A stretch of 64,000 bases of DNA, taken from NCBI GenBank assembly GCA_021836035.1, contig JAKBJL010000003.1:132135-196134 (forward strand), written 5' to 3'. This DNA is from a bacterium (GTDB lineage Bacteria > Patescibacteriota > Microgenomatia > JAMCZE01). Under the pieces are notes generated by a model that worked only from the letters and a program-made list of their open reading frames with translations, was not told the origin of the DNA and searched no databases. This document shows positions 9,925 through 20,380 of this stretch, piece by piece (the first letter of the stretch is position 1; the number at the start of each line of letters is the position of its first letter). The position numbers and the translations under genes are program-made.

Positions 9925-10830
9925 TTAGGCGTCAGAATACCTACTTTGGAGTTCGGAAATAATCTCGTCCAAATTACCCTCCATAATTTTATCAATGTTA
10001 TGAAAGTTTTTGTCTAATCGGTGATCTGTAACTCTGTCCTGTAAAAAATTGTAGGTGCGGATTTTTTCGTTGCGCATACCTGTACCGATCTGCGCCCGGC
10101 GTTCCGCGGACATTTCGCTTAAGATCCTTTCCTGCTCCTGTTCCCAGAGAATTTGCCTGAGCTTGCCCATCGCTTTATCCCGGTTTTTGGATTGATCCCG
10201 TTCATCCTGGCAGGTAACGACGATGCCTGTCGGTTTATGGGTAAGTCTTACGGCGCTGCTGACTTTATTTACATTTTGGCCGCCGTGTCCGCCGGAACGA
10301 TAAAAAGACTCTTCGACATCACCCGGGTCGATATGGATATCAAAGTCTTCCAATTCGGGCAGAATAGCAACGGTAGCTGTGGAAGTATGTACCCGGCCCG
10401 AGGACTCCGTTACGGGTACCCGCTGGACCCGATGCACTCCTGATTCAAATTTTAATTTGCCGTACGCCCCTTTGCCGGAAATTTTAACGGATAGAGGGCT
10501 TTCCGGAAGAACCCGCCAGCCTTGCATTTGCGCGTAGCGGGTATACATGCGCAATAAATCTTCTCCCCAGAGTTTGGCTTCCTCGCCTCCTGCCGCTCCG
10601 CGGATTTCCAGAACGATGTTGCGGTGGCCAAAATCATCGGAGGATCCGGGGGATAGGGAGGAAGGGCGAGTGGTTTGTGATTCAATCAGCAATTTTTTCT
10701 CTGCCTCGAGTTTTGTAATTTCCTCGCCGGCCATTTCGGCTATAGTAGGATCAGCCGCAAGCACTTTGGCTTCAGCAATACGTTGGTCAATCAGGTCAAC
10801 TTGGGATTTAAGATAGCCGGGAATATCCAT
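9925..10830 (-). CDS. prfA: Peptide chain release factor 1 (short N-domain)
   Basis: [25 protein letters not shown] (PxT motif), [21 protein letters not shown]. Confidence 0.93.
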   Translation of the reverse strand: MDIPGYLKSQVDLIDQRIAEAKVLAADPTIAEMAGEEITKLEAEKKLLIESQTTRPSSLSPGSSDDFGHRNIVLEIRGAAGGEEAKLWGEDLLRMYTRYAQMQGWRVLPESPLSVKISGKGAYGKLKFESGVHRVQRVPVTESSGRVHTSTATVAILPELEDFDIHIDPGDVEESFYRSGGHGGQNVNKVSSAVRLTHKPTGIVVTCQDERDQSKNRDKAMGKLRQILWEQEQERILSEMSAERRAQIGTGMRNEKIRTYNFLQDRVTDHRLDKNFHNIDKIMEGNLDEIISELQSRYSDA

Positions 10831-10895
10831 ACCGAAGCGAGTAACGTTAAACGGTTAGCATATAGACCGTATAAACGCTTTACGCTTTTTGCTAT

Positions 10896-11198
10896 TTACT
10901 GTTTCAGTGCTTGTAGCATCTCGCGGAGTGTCTTGGGGCGGTATTCTTCCTGCTCTTTTTCCTGTTTTTTCTGGACTCTGACGGCTTTTATGGCCGCGGC
11001 GTTCTTTTGTTTCGCCTGGAATTTTTCAATTTTTCCGACCGTATCGACAAATTTTTGTACACCAGTATAAAACGGATGGCATTGGCTGCACAATTCCACA
11101 TGAATGACGGGTTTTGTTGAGCCCACACTAAAGGTATTGCCGCAGGCGCAAATCACCTTAGCATCAGGATAATATTGAGGATGGATTCCCGGCTTCAT
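10896..11198 (-). CDS. rpmE: 50S ribosomal protein L31
   Basis: [24 protein letters not shown]. Confidence 0.96.
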   Translation of the reverse strand: MKPGIHPQYYPDAKVICACGNTFSVGSTKPVIHVELCSQCHPFYTGVQKFVDTVGKIEKFQAKQKNAAAIKAVRVQKKQEKEQEEYRPKTLREMLQALKQ

Positions 11199-11367
11199 AT
11201 TGTGCCTATTATACTATATTAGTGAGCTAAAATCACTAATAAATTTAAATTTAATATTTTTAATGAGTATCCGCCTACGACAGGATCTGAAATAACAAAT
11301 AGTTTTTCAGAAAGAGGCAAAATGCCCCTTCATTTCAAATCCGATCTGAGCGGATTAAAATTAAAAA

Positions 11368-12276
11368 TTACAAATTAAATATTTTGTGTAGCGGGTGCCA
11401 GGGAATGCGGCGCTCCGCGATTAGAATGCCAAAGAAAACCAGAGCACTGCCGGTTAGGAAGGGAACGGTTAGTTGTTCCCCCAGTAGGGGTATGGCGATA
11501 GCAACTGCGGTAATAGGATCAAGGTAGGTAAAGACGCCGGTTTTATAAGCAGGAAGTTTGGAGAGAGCCCAATCATAAGCGGCATAAGCGATGGCGCTGG
11601 AAAAGACGCTGCCGAAAATAATACCGGTCCAGCCGCGGTAGTCTAAAGCGGCGATCCATCCAGGAGAGGACTCAAATTCCCAAATCATAAACGGCAAAAA
11701 GGTGAGGGTGCCAATGAGAAACGACCAGAAAGTCGAGCCCAGGGTATTTTCATTGGTCAGGAATTTACGCCCGGCAATGGTGCTTACGACATAACCTAAA
11801 GTAGCAATAATCAGAAAAAAGTTGCCGATAATTTCTCCCTGAGGACCGTTTTGCAGAATTGGCTGGAAAACAATAATAAAAATCCCGGTAAATGAGAGCA
11901 AAGTTCCCGCTAGGGCGGATTTTTTAATCCTTTCCCGCAGGAAAAGCGCGGAGCCGATAAGGAGTATAACCGGGCCGGCAGAAGCAATAATCGGGGAATT
12001 AATCGAAGCCGTTCTTTCCAGCCCCAGGAAGAAAAAAGTGATGTTTATAGTAATTCCGGAAAAAGCGAAAAGCCAAAGCCAGCGGTTTTTCAATTGGCCG
12101 TAGGTTAACTCTTTATGGACAATGGGGTAAAGGAGGCAGGAGGCGATAAGGAAGCGGATGAAGGCGAGCGAAAAAGGGGGGATGTTACCTAGAGCGAATT
12201 TAAAGATCGGGCTGGCTGCTCCCCAGATCAAATTGGCGATTATCAGAGCAAGGATGGGCAGATTGAGCTTTTTCAT
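11368..12276 (-). CDS. EamA/DMT-family transporter
   Basis: About 10 TM segments; IWGA, FIRFLIA, LFLRERI, YLDPI..V.IA..LLGE. Confidence 0.9.
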   Translation of the reverse strand: MKKLNLPILALIIANLIWGAASPIFKFALGNIPPFSLAFIRFLIASCLLYPIVHKELTYGQLKNRWLWLFAFSGITINITFFFLGLERTASINSPIIASAGPVILLIGSALFLRERIKKSALAGTLLSFTGIFIIVFQPILQNGPQGEIIGNFFLIIATLGYVVSTIAGRKFLTNENTLGSTFWSFLIGTLTFLPFMIWEFESSPGWIAALDYRGWTGIIFGSVFSSAIAYAAYDWALSKLPAYKTGVFTYLDPITAVAIAIPLLGEQLTVPFLTGSALVFFGILIAERRIPWHPLHKIFNL

Positions 12277-13523
12277 CCGATGATTAATTTTATGGCTTCC
12301 GGAAGGGCCAGGGTTTGTTGCGATTTAGTAGCCAGGTCTTTTAGGGTAACGAGATTTTTTTCTGCTTCCTCTGGACCGATAATTACGGCAAACGGAATAC
12401 CTTTAGCATCGGCATACTTCAATTGCTTATCCAATTTTACTCCCGGATCAGGATAAATTTCCGTATTCAGGTCGTTGATACGCAGGGCGGAAGCGGTTTC
12501 CAGCGATTTATCAAGCAGCGACGGGGAAAAAACGGTAACCAGGATACGGGTCGGCATTTTAGGAATATTTGGCCAGAGATTAAGTTCCTGAATGACGTCT
12601 ACAATACGGTCCAAGCCAAAACTATAACCTACCGCCGGTAAATCCATTTCGGTAAATTGGCCAATTAGCTGATCATAACGACCGCCGCCGCCAAGCGAAC
12701 CGATTTTAGGCTCCGTCACGCTGGTCTCAAAGATAACACCGGTATAGTAATTTAAACCGCGGGAAAGGATTGGGTCAAAGCGCAGGTATTCAGGCGGTAC
12801 ACCCATTTTTTCCGCCAAGTTTAAAATTTCCTCCAGGTTCTTATCCGGTTTATTGTTGTAAAGATTTTTCAGCAGGAGATCGACTTTTTCCTTGTCGATC
12901 ATTTTGGAGGTTAATTCTTTGCGGATTTCCGCGAAGGGTTTTTTGTCCAGCTTATCTAGGGACTGGATTACCGGCAGGTATTTTTCCTCGGGGATATTGC
13001 AACTGTGCATATAAGCAAATAATACTGTGCGGCTGTTCACGCGGATAATAAAGTTAGCAAAACCAAGAGATTTAAGGCATTCGAAGATAATGGCCAGGAT
13101 TTCCGCGTCAGCCAGGGGAGAATTGGTCCCGAAAGTGTCAATGTCGCACTGGGTAAACTCCCGATAGCGGCCTTTTTGCGGCTTTTCCGCACGGTAAGCC
13201 GTCTGAATTTGATAGCGCTTAAAAGGCTTAGGAAGGGCGGGGTATTGGGCAACTACCCGGGCTGCGGGGATAGTTAAGTCATAACGCAAGCCGACATCCC
13301 TTTGTCCCTGATCACGGAAAAGATACATCAACTGTTCCGCTTCCGGTCCGTATTTTCCCAAAAGAATATCCTGATATTCCAGAGCGGGGGTTTCCAGAGG
13401 GGAGAAACCGTATTTTTCAAATATCCGGGCGAAAGTGGTGATCACTTTTTGCCGGATGAGGAGAGTCTCCGGCAGAAAATCCCGAAATCCGGGTAAGGTC
13501 CGCGGCTCAATTTTTCCTACCAT
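12273..13523 (-). CDS. hisS: Histidine--tRNA ligase
   Basis: GFRDFLP, LRYDLT, RAEKPQKGRYREFTQCD, RGLNYYTG, GGGRYD. Confidence 0.97.
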   Translation of the reverse strand: MVGKIEPRTLPGFRDFLPETLLIRQKVITTFARIFEKYGFSPLETPALEYQDILLGKYGPEAEQLMYLFRDQGQRDVGLRYDLTIPAARVVAQYPALPKPFKRYQIQTAYRAEKPQKGRYREFTQCDIDTFGTNSPLADAEILAIIFECLKSLGFANFIIRVNSRTVLFAYMHSCNIPEEKYLPVIQSLDKLDKKPFAEIRKELTSKMIDKEKVDLLLKNLYNNKPDKNLEEILNLAEKMGVPPEYLRFDPILSRGLNYYTGVIFETSVTEPKIGSLGGGGRYDQLIGQFTEMDLPAVGYSFGLDRIVDVIQELNLWPNIPKMPTRILVTVFSPSLLDKSLETASALRINDLNTEIYPDPGVKLDKQLKYADAKGIPFAVIIGPEEAEKNLVTLKDLATKSQQTLALPEAIKLIIG

Positions 13524-13679
13524 GAATCAATAATAGCACGGGATTAAGAAATTTGTATGGGTCCGATAGTTCGCACGTGCGGATTATTGATACTATTTTT
13601 GGGGATTGTTATACCTATCTGGTGGTTTCAACCCTTCGATGCTTCGATTCCTCGGTAAACTCGGCACTCAGGATTTCGG

Positions 13680-14879
13680 CTATTCATAACGGATAGCCTC
13701 AATCGGGGATAACTGGGAAGCTTGGCGAGCGGGGAATACACCGAAGACGACGCCAATCAGGGAGGAGACGCCGAGGGAGAGAACAACTGACTGCCAATTG
13801 ATGTATGCCGGGAAGATACTTTGGAGGGCAAGAACGACGATGAAAGACAGGGTTAATCCCAGGAAACCTCCGATTAGGGAAAGGAGAACGGCTTCCGCTA
13901 AAAATTGCCAGAGAATATCATATTTAGTGGCTCCGATCGCACGGCGGATACCGATTTCCCGTATCCTTTCGATCACGGAAACATACATGATGTTCATAAT
14001 TCCGACGCCGCCGACAATAAGGGAAATGGCGGCGATAGCTACCAGAATACTGTTAAGAATATTAAAAATGGAACCAACGATAGAAAGGATTTCTGTTTGG
14101 TCGGCAACGGAGAATTTATCGGCGTCATATTCCTTGACTAATTCTTTCTTAATTTCTTCTTTTACCGTAGCCAGATTATTCTGTTCCGCCACCGAGACAT
14201 AAATAGCGTAGAATTTTTTATCCTCCTGATAGGCGGCCAAGGCGGAGTAGGGGAGATAAAGATGGGCATCGATCGACGGTCCGCCGATCCCGCCGCCGCC
14301 TTTTTTCTTGACGATGCCAATGACTCGGTAAGTTAATCCATCAAGGCGGAGGTTTTTCCCTAAAGCGTCATCTGCGCTGGCGAAAATTTCCGTGGCTACC
14401 TGGGAACCGATAACTACCACCTTGGATTTTTTATTCACGTCGGCTTTCGTAAACGGTTTTCCGCTGCCGATATCTAAGTTCATAGCTTGAAAGATATCGG
14501 CTGTAGATCCGACGACCTCGTAGGTTTTGGTATCGGTTTCGCCCTGGATCCGGGACATTTGGACGGACATGGGCATGGAGGCCGTAATGCCGGGGATGCG
14601 GCCCAGCTTTTGCGCGTCTTTTAAAGTAAATTTAATACCGCCGATTCCGGATGCGGCAGCCAAATTTCCCTGAAGATTTCCTGGCATAACAAAGAGCAGA
14701 TTGCTGCCGATGCTTTCAAATTGCTGGGCGATATATTTTTTCAGCCCTAATCCCAAAGCTACAAGCAAAACAACGGAAGCTACTCCGATAAGAATTCCCA
14801 GAGAAGTAAGAAAAGTCCGGATTTTATTCCTCCGGAAATCTTCAAAAGAAGATTTAAGGATAAAGAGAAAATAATTCAT
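13680..14879 (-). CDS. MacB/FtsX-type ABC transporter permease
   Basis: RTFLTSLGILIGV, GGVGIMNIM.VSV.ER.REIGIR.AIGA, PA..AS.L.PIEAIRYE. Confidence 0.93.
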   Translation of the reverse strand: MNYFLFILKSSFEDFRRNKIRTFLTSLGILIGVASVVLLVALGLGLKKYIAQQFESIGSNLLFVMPGNLQGNLAAASGIGGIKFTLKDAQKLGRIPGITASMPMSVQMSRIQGETDTKTYEVVGSTADIFQAMNLDIGSGKPFTKADVNKKSKVVVIGSQVATEIFASADDALGKNLRLDGLTYRVIGIVKKKGGGGIGGPSIDAHLYLPYSALAAYQEDKKFYAIYVSVAEQNNLATVKEEIKKELVKEYDADKFSVADQTEILSIVGSIFNILNSILVAIAAISLIVGGVGIMNIMYVSVIERIREIGIRRAIGATKYDILWQFLAEAVLLSLIGGFLGLTLSFIVVLALQSIFPAYINWQSVVLSLGVSSLIGVVFGVFPARQASQLSPIEAIRYE

Positions 14880-15040
14880 TTTAGTTTAGTGCGCTGCTTC
14901 GCAGATCCAAAAAACCTCGCTGGCCGTGGTTCATGCTCGACTTTTTGTCCGCTCGCATCGCTTTAATATATGTCGCGTAACTACGCCCAGTGGGTTGCCA
15001 CCTTTCTAAAATATTTGTAAATACTAATAGAAATTAGGAA

Positions 15041-15712
15041 TTAGTTGTTAGTAATTTTCCCATCCTGTATTTTGATTTTTCTTTTCGTTTTTGCCGCAAT
15101 ACTAGGGTCATGTGTAACAATGACTACCGTAATATTTTCTTCCCGGTTTAACTCCTGAAGTAATTTGATAATTTCCTCGCCGGTTTTGGTGTCTAAATTG
15201 CCGGTGGGTTCATCGGCCAGAATCAGCTTCGGTTTCATAATCAAGGCCCGGGCGATAGCGACACGCTGCTGCTGGCCGCCGGAAATTTTATTAGGATAAG
15301 AATCAATACGGTCCTGAAGACCAAAACGCAGCAAAAGACTGCGGGCCCGCTCGTCGGGAATATAATCAAGCTTTTTGCGGCTGTAGATTGCCGGCAGGAG
15401 AATATTTTCCCTGACCGTTAATTTATTAATGAGGTTAAATTGCTGAAAGACGAAGCCGACGTATTCATTACGGAGTTTAGAAAGGGAGACATCAGAAAGA
15501 TGCGCGATGTTTTTTCCGTCAACAAGGATATCCCCGCCAGTTGGTTGATCCAGCAAACCGACAAGATGCATAAGGGTGGATTTACCCGATCCTGAGGGGC
15601 CGACAATCGAGGCGAACTCTCCGTCATTTATTTCCAAGTAGATATTATCAAGGGCAAAAAATTTTTCACCGCCGACATCGTAACTTTTACTGACTCCGCT
15701 AAGCTTAATCAT
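15041..15712 (-). CDS. ABC transporter ATP-binding protein (LolD/MacB type)
   Basis: [37 protein letters not shown]. Confidence 0.95.
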   Translation of the reverse strand: MIKLSGVSKSYDVGGEKFFALDNIYLEINDGEFASIVGPSGSGKSTLMHLVGLLDQPTGGDILVDGKNIAHLSDVSLSKLRNEYVGFVFQQFNLINKLTVRENILLPAIYSRKKLDYIPDERARSLLLRFGLQDRIDSYPNKISGGQQQRVAIARALIMKPKLILADEPTGNLDTKTGEEIIKLLQELNREENITVVIVTHDPSIAAKTKRKIKIQDGKITNN

Positions 15713-16715
15713 AAACCAGGTCGCCCTCTGTCAGTCCGGAAGTTATTTCGGCGAGGCTATCGGTTTCTAACCCCACCGCAACGTTGACCTTTTTCTTTTT
15801 GCCATCTTTCCGGACGTAAACGTATCTTTGGTCTCCGCTGGTTTTTAAAGCTTTCAAGGGAACGGCTAAAACGGCTTTTTTGTCAGAGGTCACAAAATCC
15901 GCGTCGCCGCCCATATCCAGGCGAAGGTTTAATGTGCCGCTGTCAGAAGCGCTTATTTTAACCTCATAAACCGTTTCGGATTCCCCGGGTTTAGGGGTAA
16001 AAGAGATCCGTTTTATAATTCCCGGAATAGTTTTTTCCGGGTAAGAATCGAGAACTATTTCGCCGCGCATTCCTTCCTGTAGTTTTACCACATCAGTTTG
16101 GTCGGCAAGGGCGGAAAAATAAATCGTCGCCGGATTGACAATTTCAAATTCAGCCTGGGTGGGAATGATATTGACACCGGGCAGGGGAGTCTCAACACGG
16201 GTAACAATGCCGTCAATTGGGGTCCAGAGGTTGGAAAACTGAATAGCCAGGTTTTTAATTTCCACATCCAGGACGGCATTGTTGAGATCAAACTGAGATT
16301 GGTCTATTGTCCTTTTAATCGTATCGGTAATTACCTGATCCTTATAGGTTGTCTGGCTTAATTGGTCAAAGTCCCAGCGGGCATTGCGGTAATCATTCAG
16401 ATATTTTTGAAAAGTTTTTTGGAGTTCCTGCTGGTCCAGGCCGGCAATAACCTGGTTGGCTTTAACCCTATCACCCTCCTTGACACCGACCCAGGCCAGA
16501 TAACCGGAAGTCTGGAATCGCAGTGTAGCTTTTTCTTCAGCGGCGATTTTTCCGGATAAAGAGAGGGTTTCCTGCAATTCCTGGCGCTTAACCCGGTAAG
16601 TGCTTTCCGCCTTCGTGCCGGCAAATTGTGTTTGGTAATAAAAGATTCCGCTCCCCGCGAGGAGCGTAATAATAAAACCCAACAAAAACTTACGGTTCCG
16701 CAAAATATTTCTCAT
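15705..16715 (-). CDS. Efflux periplasmic adaptor (MacA-like)
   Basis: N-terminal TM, V.VKEGDRVK, TPIDGIV, EITSGLTEGD; in operon with the ABC genes. Confidence 0.88.
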   Translation of the reverse strand: MRNILRNRKFLLGFIITLLAGSGIFYYQTQFAGTKAESTYRVKRQELQETLSLSGKIAAEEKATLRFQTSGYLAWVGVKEGDRVKANQVIAGLDQQELQKTFQKYLNDYRNARWDFDQLSQTTYKDQVITDTIKRTIDQSQFDLNNAVLDVEIKNLAIQFSNLWTPIDGIVTRVETPLPGVNIIPTQAEFEIVNPATIYFSALADQTDVVKLQEGMRGEIVLDSYPEKTIPGIIKRISFTPKPGESETVYEVKISASDSGTLNLRLDMGGDADFVTSDKKAVLAVPLKALKTSGDQRYVYVRKDGKKKKVNVAVGLETDSLAEITSGLTEGDLVYD

Positions 16716-16810
16716 ACCGTTAAGACATTATAGCGAATTGGAAGTACTAGGTTCCAGTGGCTGGGTTCCGGAAACAACAGGGTAAATAAACAATTATTAA
16801 AAGTCCTAAT

Positions 16811-17494
16811 CTACTTGCTAGTATAGACAAGGGCCTTGAGAGAAGAAAGGGTTTGGGATTTAGTGTCGGAAGAATAGGCAATAACGAATACTACCGAACC
16901 TTCCTTAAAGTCAGCCAGCTTAGCCGTGAGAAACTTCCCGGAAATGTCGAGTTTTTTTAAAGTCAAAGCGTCCGCCAGATCGACGGTGGTTTCTGTCCCG
17001 CCATTTTGTTTAAGCGTATAAACCGTTTTATTGACGGCGGTGACTACACCGACAATATTTAATCTCTCGATTTTGGCAATAACCTGACGGGCGGTCATTT
17101 CGGAAGTTGTGGGATCAATCGTCCCGGTGGCGACCACATCTTCACCGGCTTTGAGGTTTTTTAAGGCGATTTCCGTCCGGTTACCGGCGCGGATCCGGTA
17201 ATAGACCGTGGCGTCGTTAACCGCAACCGTACGTTGGCCGTCGGGAGTGGTCAGGATAAAGGAGGAAGTACCGACGGATTTTACAGTACCCCGATAGCTC
17301 CTTTTCATTTTTGCAGCTAGCTCGGCGACCTTGGTAGCTACGCGGTCCAGGAGATCCTGGGCTTTCTTATTGTCCGACGGGGGCGTAGCTGACGGAGTAG
17401 CCGTAATCGCTACAGCTCTGGAATAAGAAGAAACGAAAAATAAGAGATAAGAAATGACTAAAAAATTAAAAATAATAAATAATAACCGTTTCAT
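16811..17494 (-). CDS. Exported beta-rich hypothetical protein (DUF5666-like repeats)
   Basis: Signal/TM segment, then repeated G.V..V....F.L and LKAGEDVVATG units. Confidence 0.55.
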   Translation of the reverse strand: MKRLLFIIFNFLVISYLLFFVSSYSRAVAITATPSATPPSDNKKAQDLLDRVATKVAELAAKMKRSYRGTVKSVGTSSFILTTPDGQRTVAVNDATVYYRIRAGNRTEIALKNLKAGEDVVATGTIDPTTSEMTARQVIAKIERLNIVGVVTAVNKTVYTLKQNGGTETTVDLADALTLKKLDISGKFLTAKLADFKEGSVVFVIAYSSDTKSQTLSSLKALVYTSK

Positions 17495-17495
17495 G

Positions 17496-17942
17496 TTATT
17501 GTTGCGGGATTTCTAAAGTGACGCTACGGGTAACGGTAATATTTTTATTACTGGCGTCGATAACCGTTGCCGATATTTCATTTTCACCGTCTTCCAGTTT
17601 CAGGCTAGCGGAAAAATTGCCGATAGCATCAGCCGTCGCTACTTTCTCATCAGCGGGTCCGAAAAGGATGATGCTAGTGCCGGGTTTGGTTTTGCCCGAG
17701 ACAGCAACCGCCCCATCAGAAACAAAGGAATTATCCTCCGGGCTGTCAAGGACCAGAGTTAACGGTTGGCTTTGGGAATTATTTTCCGTATTATTCGGAG
17801 TGGGCAAGGGGGCGGTAATAGAAGAGGCTTTCGGCAAAGTGTTTTGTAATTTCCGGAAAAGCCCAGGCCCGAAGAGTACTCCCAAGGCTAAGACTACTCC
17901 TACCAAAAGGCCGATAAAAATCGTGACGAATTTTTCACTCAT
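17496..17942 (-). CDS. Membrane-anchored Ig-like domain protein
   Basis: TM, then LDSPED...VSGKT.P...GNFS..L.L.DGENEI. Confidence 0.65.
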   Translation of the reverse strand: MSEKFVTIFIGLLVGVVLALGVLFGPGLFRKLQNTLPKASSITAPLPTPNNTENNSQSQPLTLVLDSPEDNSFVSDGAVAVSGKTKPGTSIILFGPADEKVATADAIGNFSASLKLEDGENEISATVIDASNKNITVTRSVTLEIPQQ

Positions 17943-18022
17943 CCCGGGCTCATGATAAGAGACTTTTGATATATTGTCAAGAAATGGTATAAATATTAGA
18001 CTACGGCAAAAATAGCAAGACT

Positions 18023-18679
18023 ATGGATATTACCTATTTGGGACACGCCAGTTTCAAAATTAAAGGAAAAAGTGCCAGCGTAGTCACGGACCCGTTTGAT
18101 CCCAAAGTTGTTGGCTTTACTCCTCCCGCACCGGAGAATGTGGACCTGGTTACCGTCAGCCATGACCATGCAGATCATAATTTTGTTTCCCGGGTTAAAG
18201 AAAAGAATCCGGACGCTTTTGTTATTAGCGGTCCGGGTGAGTATGAGGCTAGGGGAGTGACGGTTTTCGGTTACGGAGCGTTCCATGATAAAAGTAATGG
18301 GGCAGAAAGAGGTAAAAATACTATTTTCCGGATTGTCCTTGATGATATTAATGTTTGTCACCTGGGGGATCTGGGGCATAAATTAAGCGATGCCTTAGTG
18401 GAAAAAATCGATAATGTAGATATTTTAATGGTTCCTGTTGGCGGCGGGTTTTCTTTGGAACCGGAGGTCGCAGCGGAAGTTGTTGCCCAGCTGGCCCCCA
18501 GTATTGTTATCCCCATGCATTATAAAACACCCAAACATAATCCTGAAGTATTTGCCAAATTGGCCGGGGTAGCAGAATTTTTAAAGGCCATGGGTAAAGA
18601 AAATATATCACCGATACCAAAATTGAGCGTTTCTAAGGATAAATTACCAGAAGAGTTGCAAGTAGTAGTCTTAGAATAA
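18023..18679 (+). CDS. MBL-fold metallo-hydrolase
   Basis: YLGHASF, VSHDHADH, HLGDLGH, IPMHY. Confidence 0.9.
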   Translation: MDITYLGHASFKIKGKSASVVTDPFDPKVVGFTPPAPENVDLVTVSHDHADHNFVSRVKEKNPDAFVISGPGEYEARGVTVFGYGAFHDKSNGAERGKNTIFRIVLDDINVCHLGDLGHKLSDALVEKIDNVDILMVPVGGGFSLEPEVAAEVVAQLAPSIVIPMHYKTPKHNPEVFAKLAGVAEFLKAMGKENISPIPKLSVSKDKLPEELQVVVLE

Positions 18680-18785
18680 CTTGGGATCCCACCGCCGCTC
18701 GTGTTCATTCCGTGTACTACGTGCACGCTAATGAGCGCTCGCTTTGCTGGGCAAGCCTGCCACACCAGCCTTATTAGCGTGACCC

Positions 18786-18794
18786 TGATAAAAT
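18786..18794 (+). promoter_or_regulatory. Extended -10 promoter (TGATAAAAT) 6 nt before the dnaB ATG; likely leaderless
   Basis: tgataaaat-aaaatt-ATG; the same geometry recurs at argS, ruvC, efp and cassette genes. Confidence 0.6.
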
Positions 18795-18800
18795 AAAATT

Positions 18801-20135
18801 ATGAGCCAGACAAAGGTTCCTCCCCATTCCGACGATGCCGAGCAATCCGTTCTTGGGGCAATTATGATCGACCGGGACGCGATTGTAGAAGTGGCCGGCT
18901 TTTTACGCCCTGAACATTTTTATAATGACCCCAACGGAAATATATTTTCCGCGATGTTATCACTTTTTGAAGAACGCCACCCCATAGATTTGGTAACCCT
19001 GAAGGAAAAGCTACGGGAGCAGAAATGTCTAAAGGAGGTCGGAGGAGCGGGGTATCTTTCGGATTTGGTTAACAAAGTGCCGACAAGCGCTCATGTGGAA
19101 CAATATGGCCGGATTATCAAAGAACATTATGCTAAAAGGCAGCTGATCAAAACTGCGGCCGACGTAACGGAGGATTCTTTCGACGAGGGGAAGCCCCTCC
19201 GCGATCTTTTGGATAAGGCGGAGCAACGGATTTTTGCCATTTCGCAGGAAAGCTTGCAACGCAATTTCGTGCCTCTCAAAGACGCGCTGGCGGAAAGTTT
19301 TGACCGCTTGGATGAGTTGCAGAAAAAAGGCAGCAGCGGTTTGCGTGGTGTACCTACGGGTTTTCGGGAGTTGGACAATATCTTAGCTGGCATGCAAGAT
19401 AGCAATTTATTAATTTTGGCTGCCCGCCCGGGAATCGGGAAAACAGCGATTGTTTTAAATATCGCTGCTCACGCCGCGGTCCGGGATAAACTGCCGGTGG
19501 GAATGTTCTCTCTGGAGATGAGCCAGGAAGAATTAGTGGATCGCCTGCTGGTAGCCCAGGCGGATATTGACGCTTGGAAACTGAAGACCGGCCATTTGGA
19601 GGATGAGGATTTTGACAAATTGCAGGAAGCGATGGGGCAGCTTGCCGAAGCGCCGATTTTTATTGATGATACTCCGGGTATCAATATTATGGAAATGCGG
19701 ACCAAAGCGCGGCGGTTACAGGCCGAACACGGACTAAAACTACTGGTGGTTGATTATCTTCAACTTATCGATTCCGGAAGGCATTTTGATAACCGAGTAC
19801 AGGAAGTTAGCATTATTTCCCAGGCTTTAAAAAATATGGCCCGGGAATTAAAAATTCCCGTACTGGCAGTTTCCCAACTATCCCGTGCGGTCGAAGCTCG
19901 GGGAACAAAAGTACCGCAGTTGGCGGACCTGCGTGAGAGCGGAAGTATTGAACAGGACGCGGATGTAGTGATGTTCCTTTACCGTGCCGACGATGAAATC
20001 AAAGACATGAATAAAATTAATACTAAACTGTTGCTGGCTAAACACCGCAACGGCGCCCTGGGAGAATTTGAGATGATGTTTGTCGGCCCCAAACTCCGCT
20101 TCCACCCCCTGGAAAGCAAAAGAGAGAAAGAGTAA
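18801..20135 (+). CDS. dnaB: Replicative DNA helicase
   Basis: PPHS.DAEQSVLG, AARPGIGKT, FSLEMS, VDYLQL, SQLSR, DLRESGSIEQDAD; no intein. Confidence 0.97.
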   Translation: MSQTKVPPHSDDAEQSVLGAIMIDRDAIVEVAGFLRPEHFYNDPNGNIFSAMLSLFEERHPIDLVTLKEKLREQKCLKEVGGAGYLSDLVNKVPTSAHVEQYGRIIKEHYAKRQLIKTAADVTEDSFDEGKPLRDLLDKAEQRIFAISQESLQRNFVPLKDALAESFDRLDELQKKGSSGLRGVPTGFRELDNILAGMQDSNLLILAARPGIGKTAIVLNIAAHAAVRDKLPVGMFSLEMSQEELVDRLLVAQADIDAWKLKTGHLEDEDFDKLQEAMGQLAEAPIFIDDTPGINIMEMRTKARRLQAEHGLKLLVVDYLQLIDSGRHFDNRVQEVSIISQALKNMARELKIPVLAVSQLSRAVEARGTKVPQLADLRESGSIEQDADVVMFLYRADDEIKDMNKINTKLLLAKHRNGALGEFEMMFVGPKLRFHPLESKREKE

Positions 20136-20152
20136 TTTGGTTTATCTTAATT

Positions 20153-20294
20153 TAGGGTTCTGGTAACCGCTTTTCCCGGAAAGACATCCTGCCGCGCGGC
20201 AGTTTTAAAGGTTTCTATATTTTTTACTTTTTCCTGATTTTATAAAAAGAGGGGGGCAAGCTGCGCCTATCCGGGTCCTCTGCGATTGCCACAC
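20153..20294 (+). repeat. Structured intergenic element, copy D
   Basis: agggttctggtaaccgc...cccggaaag...aaagaggggggcaagctgcgcctatccgggtcctctgcgattgccac. Confidence 0.7.
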
Positions 20295-20380
20295 AATTAA
20301 AGTATTTGTAAATATTTGTATATTACGAATTTGTATATTATTCAAATAAATTTTCCCCTGAACCTGATAAAATACTGTTA

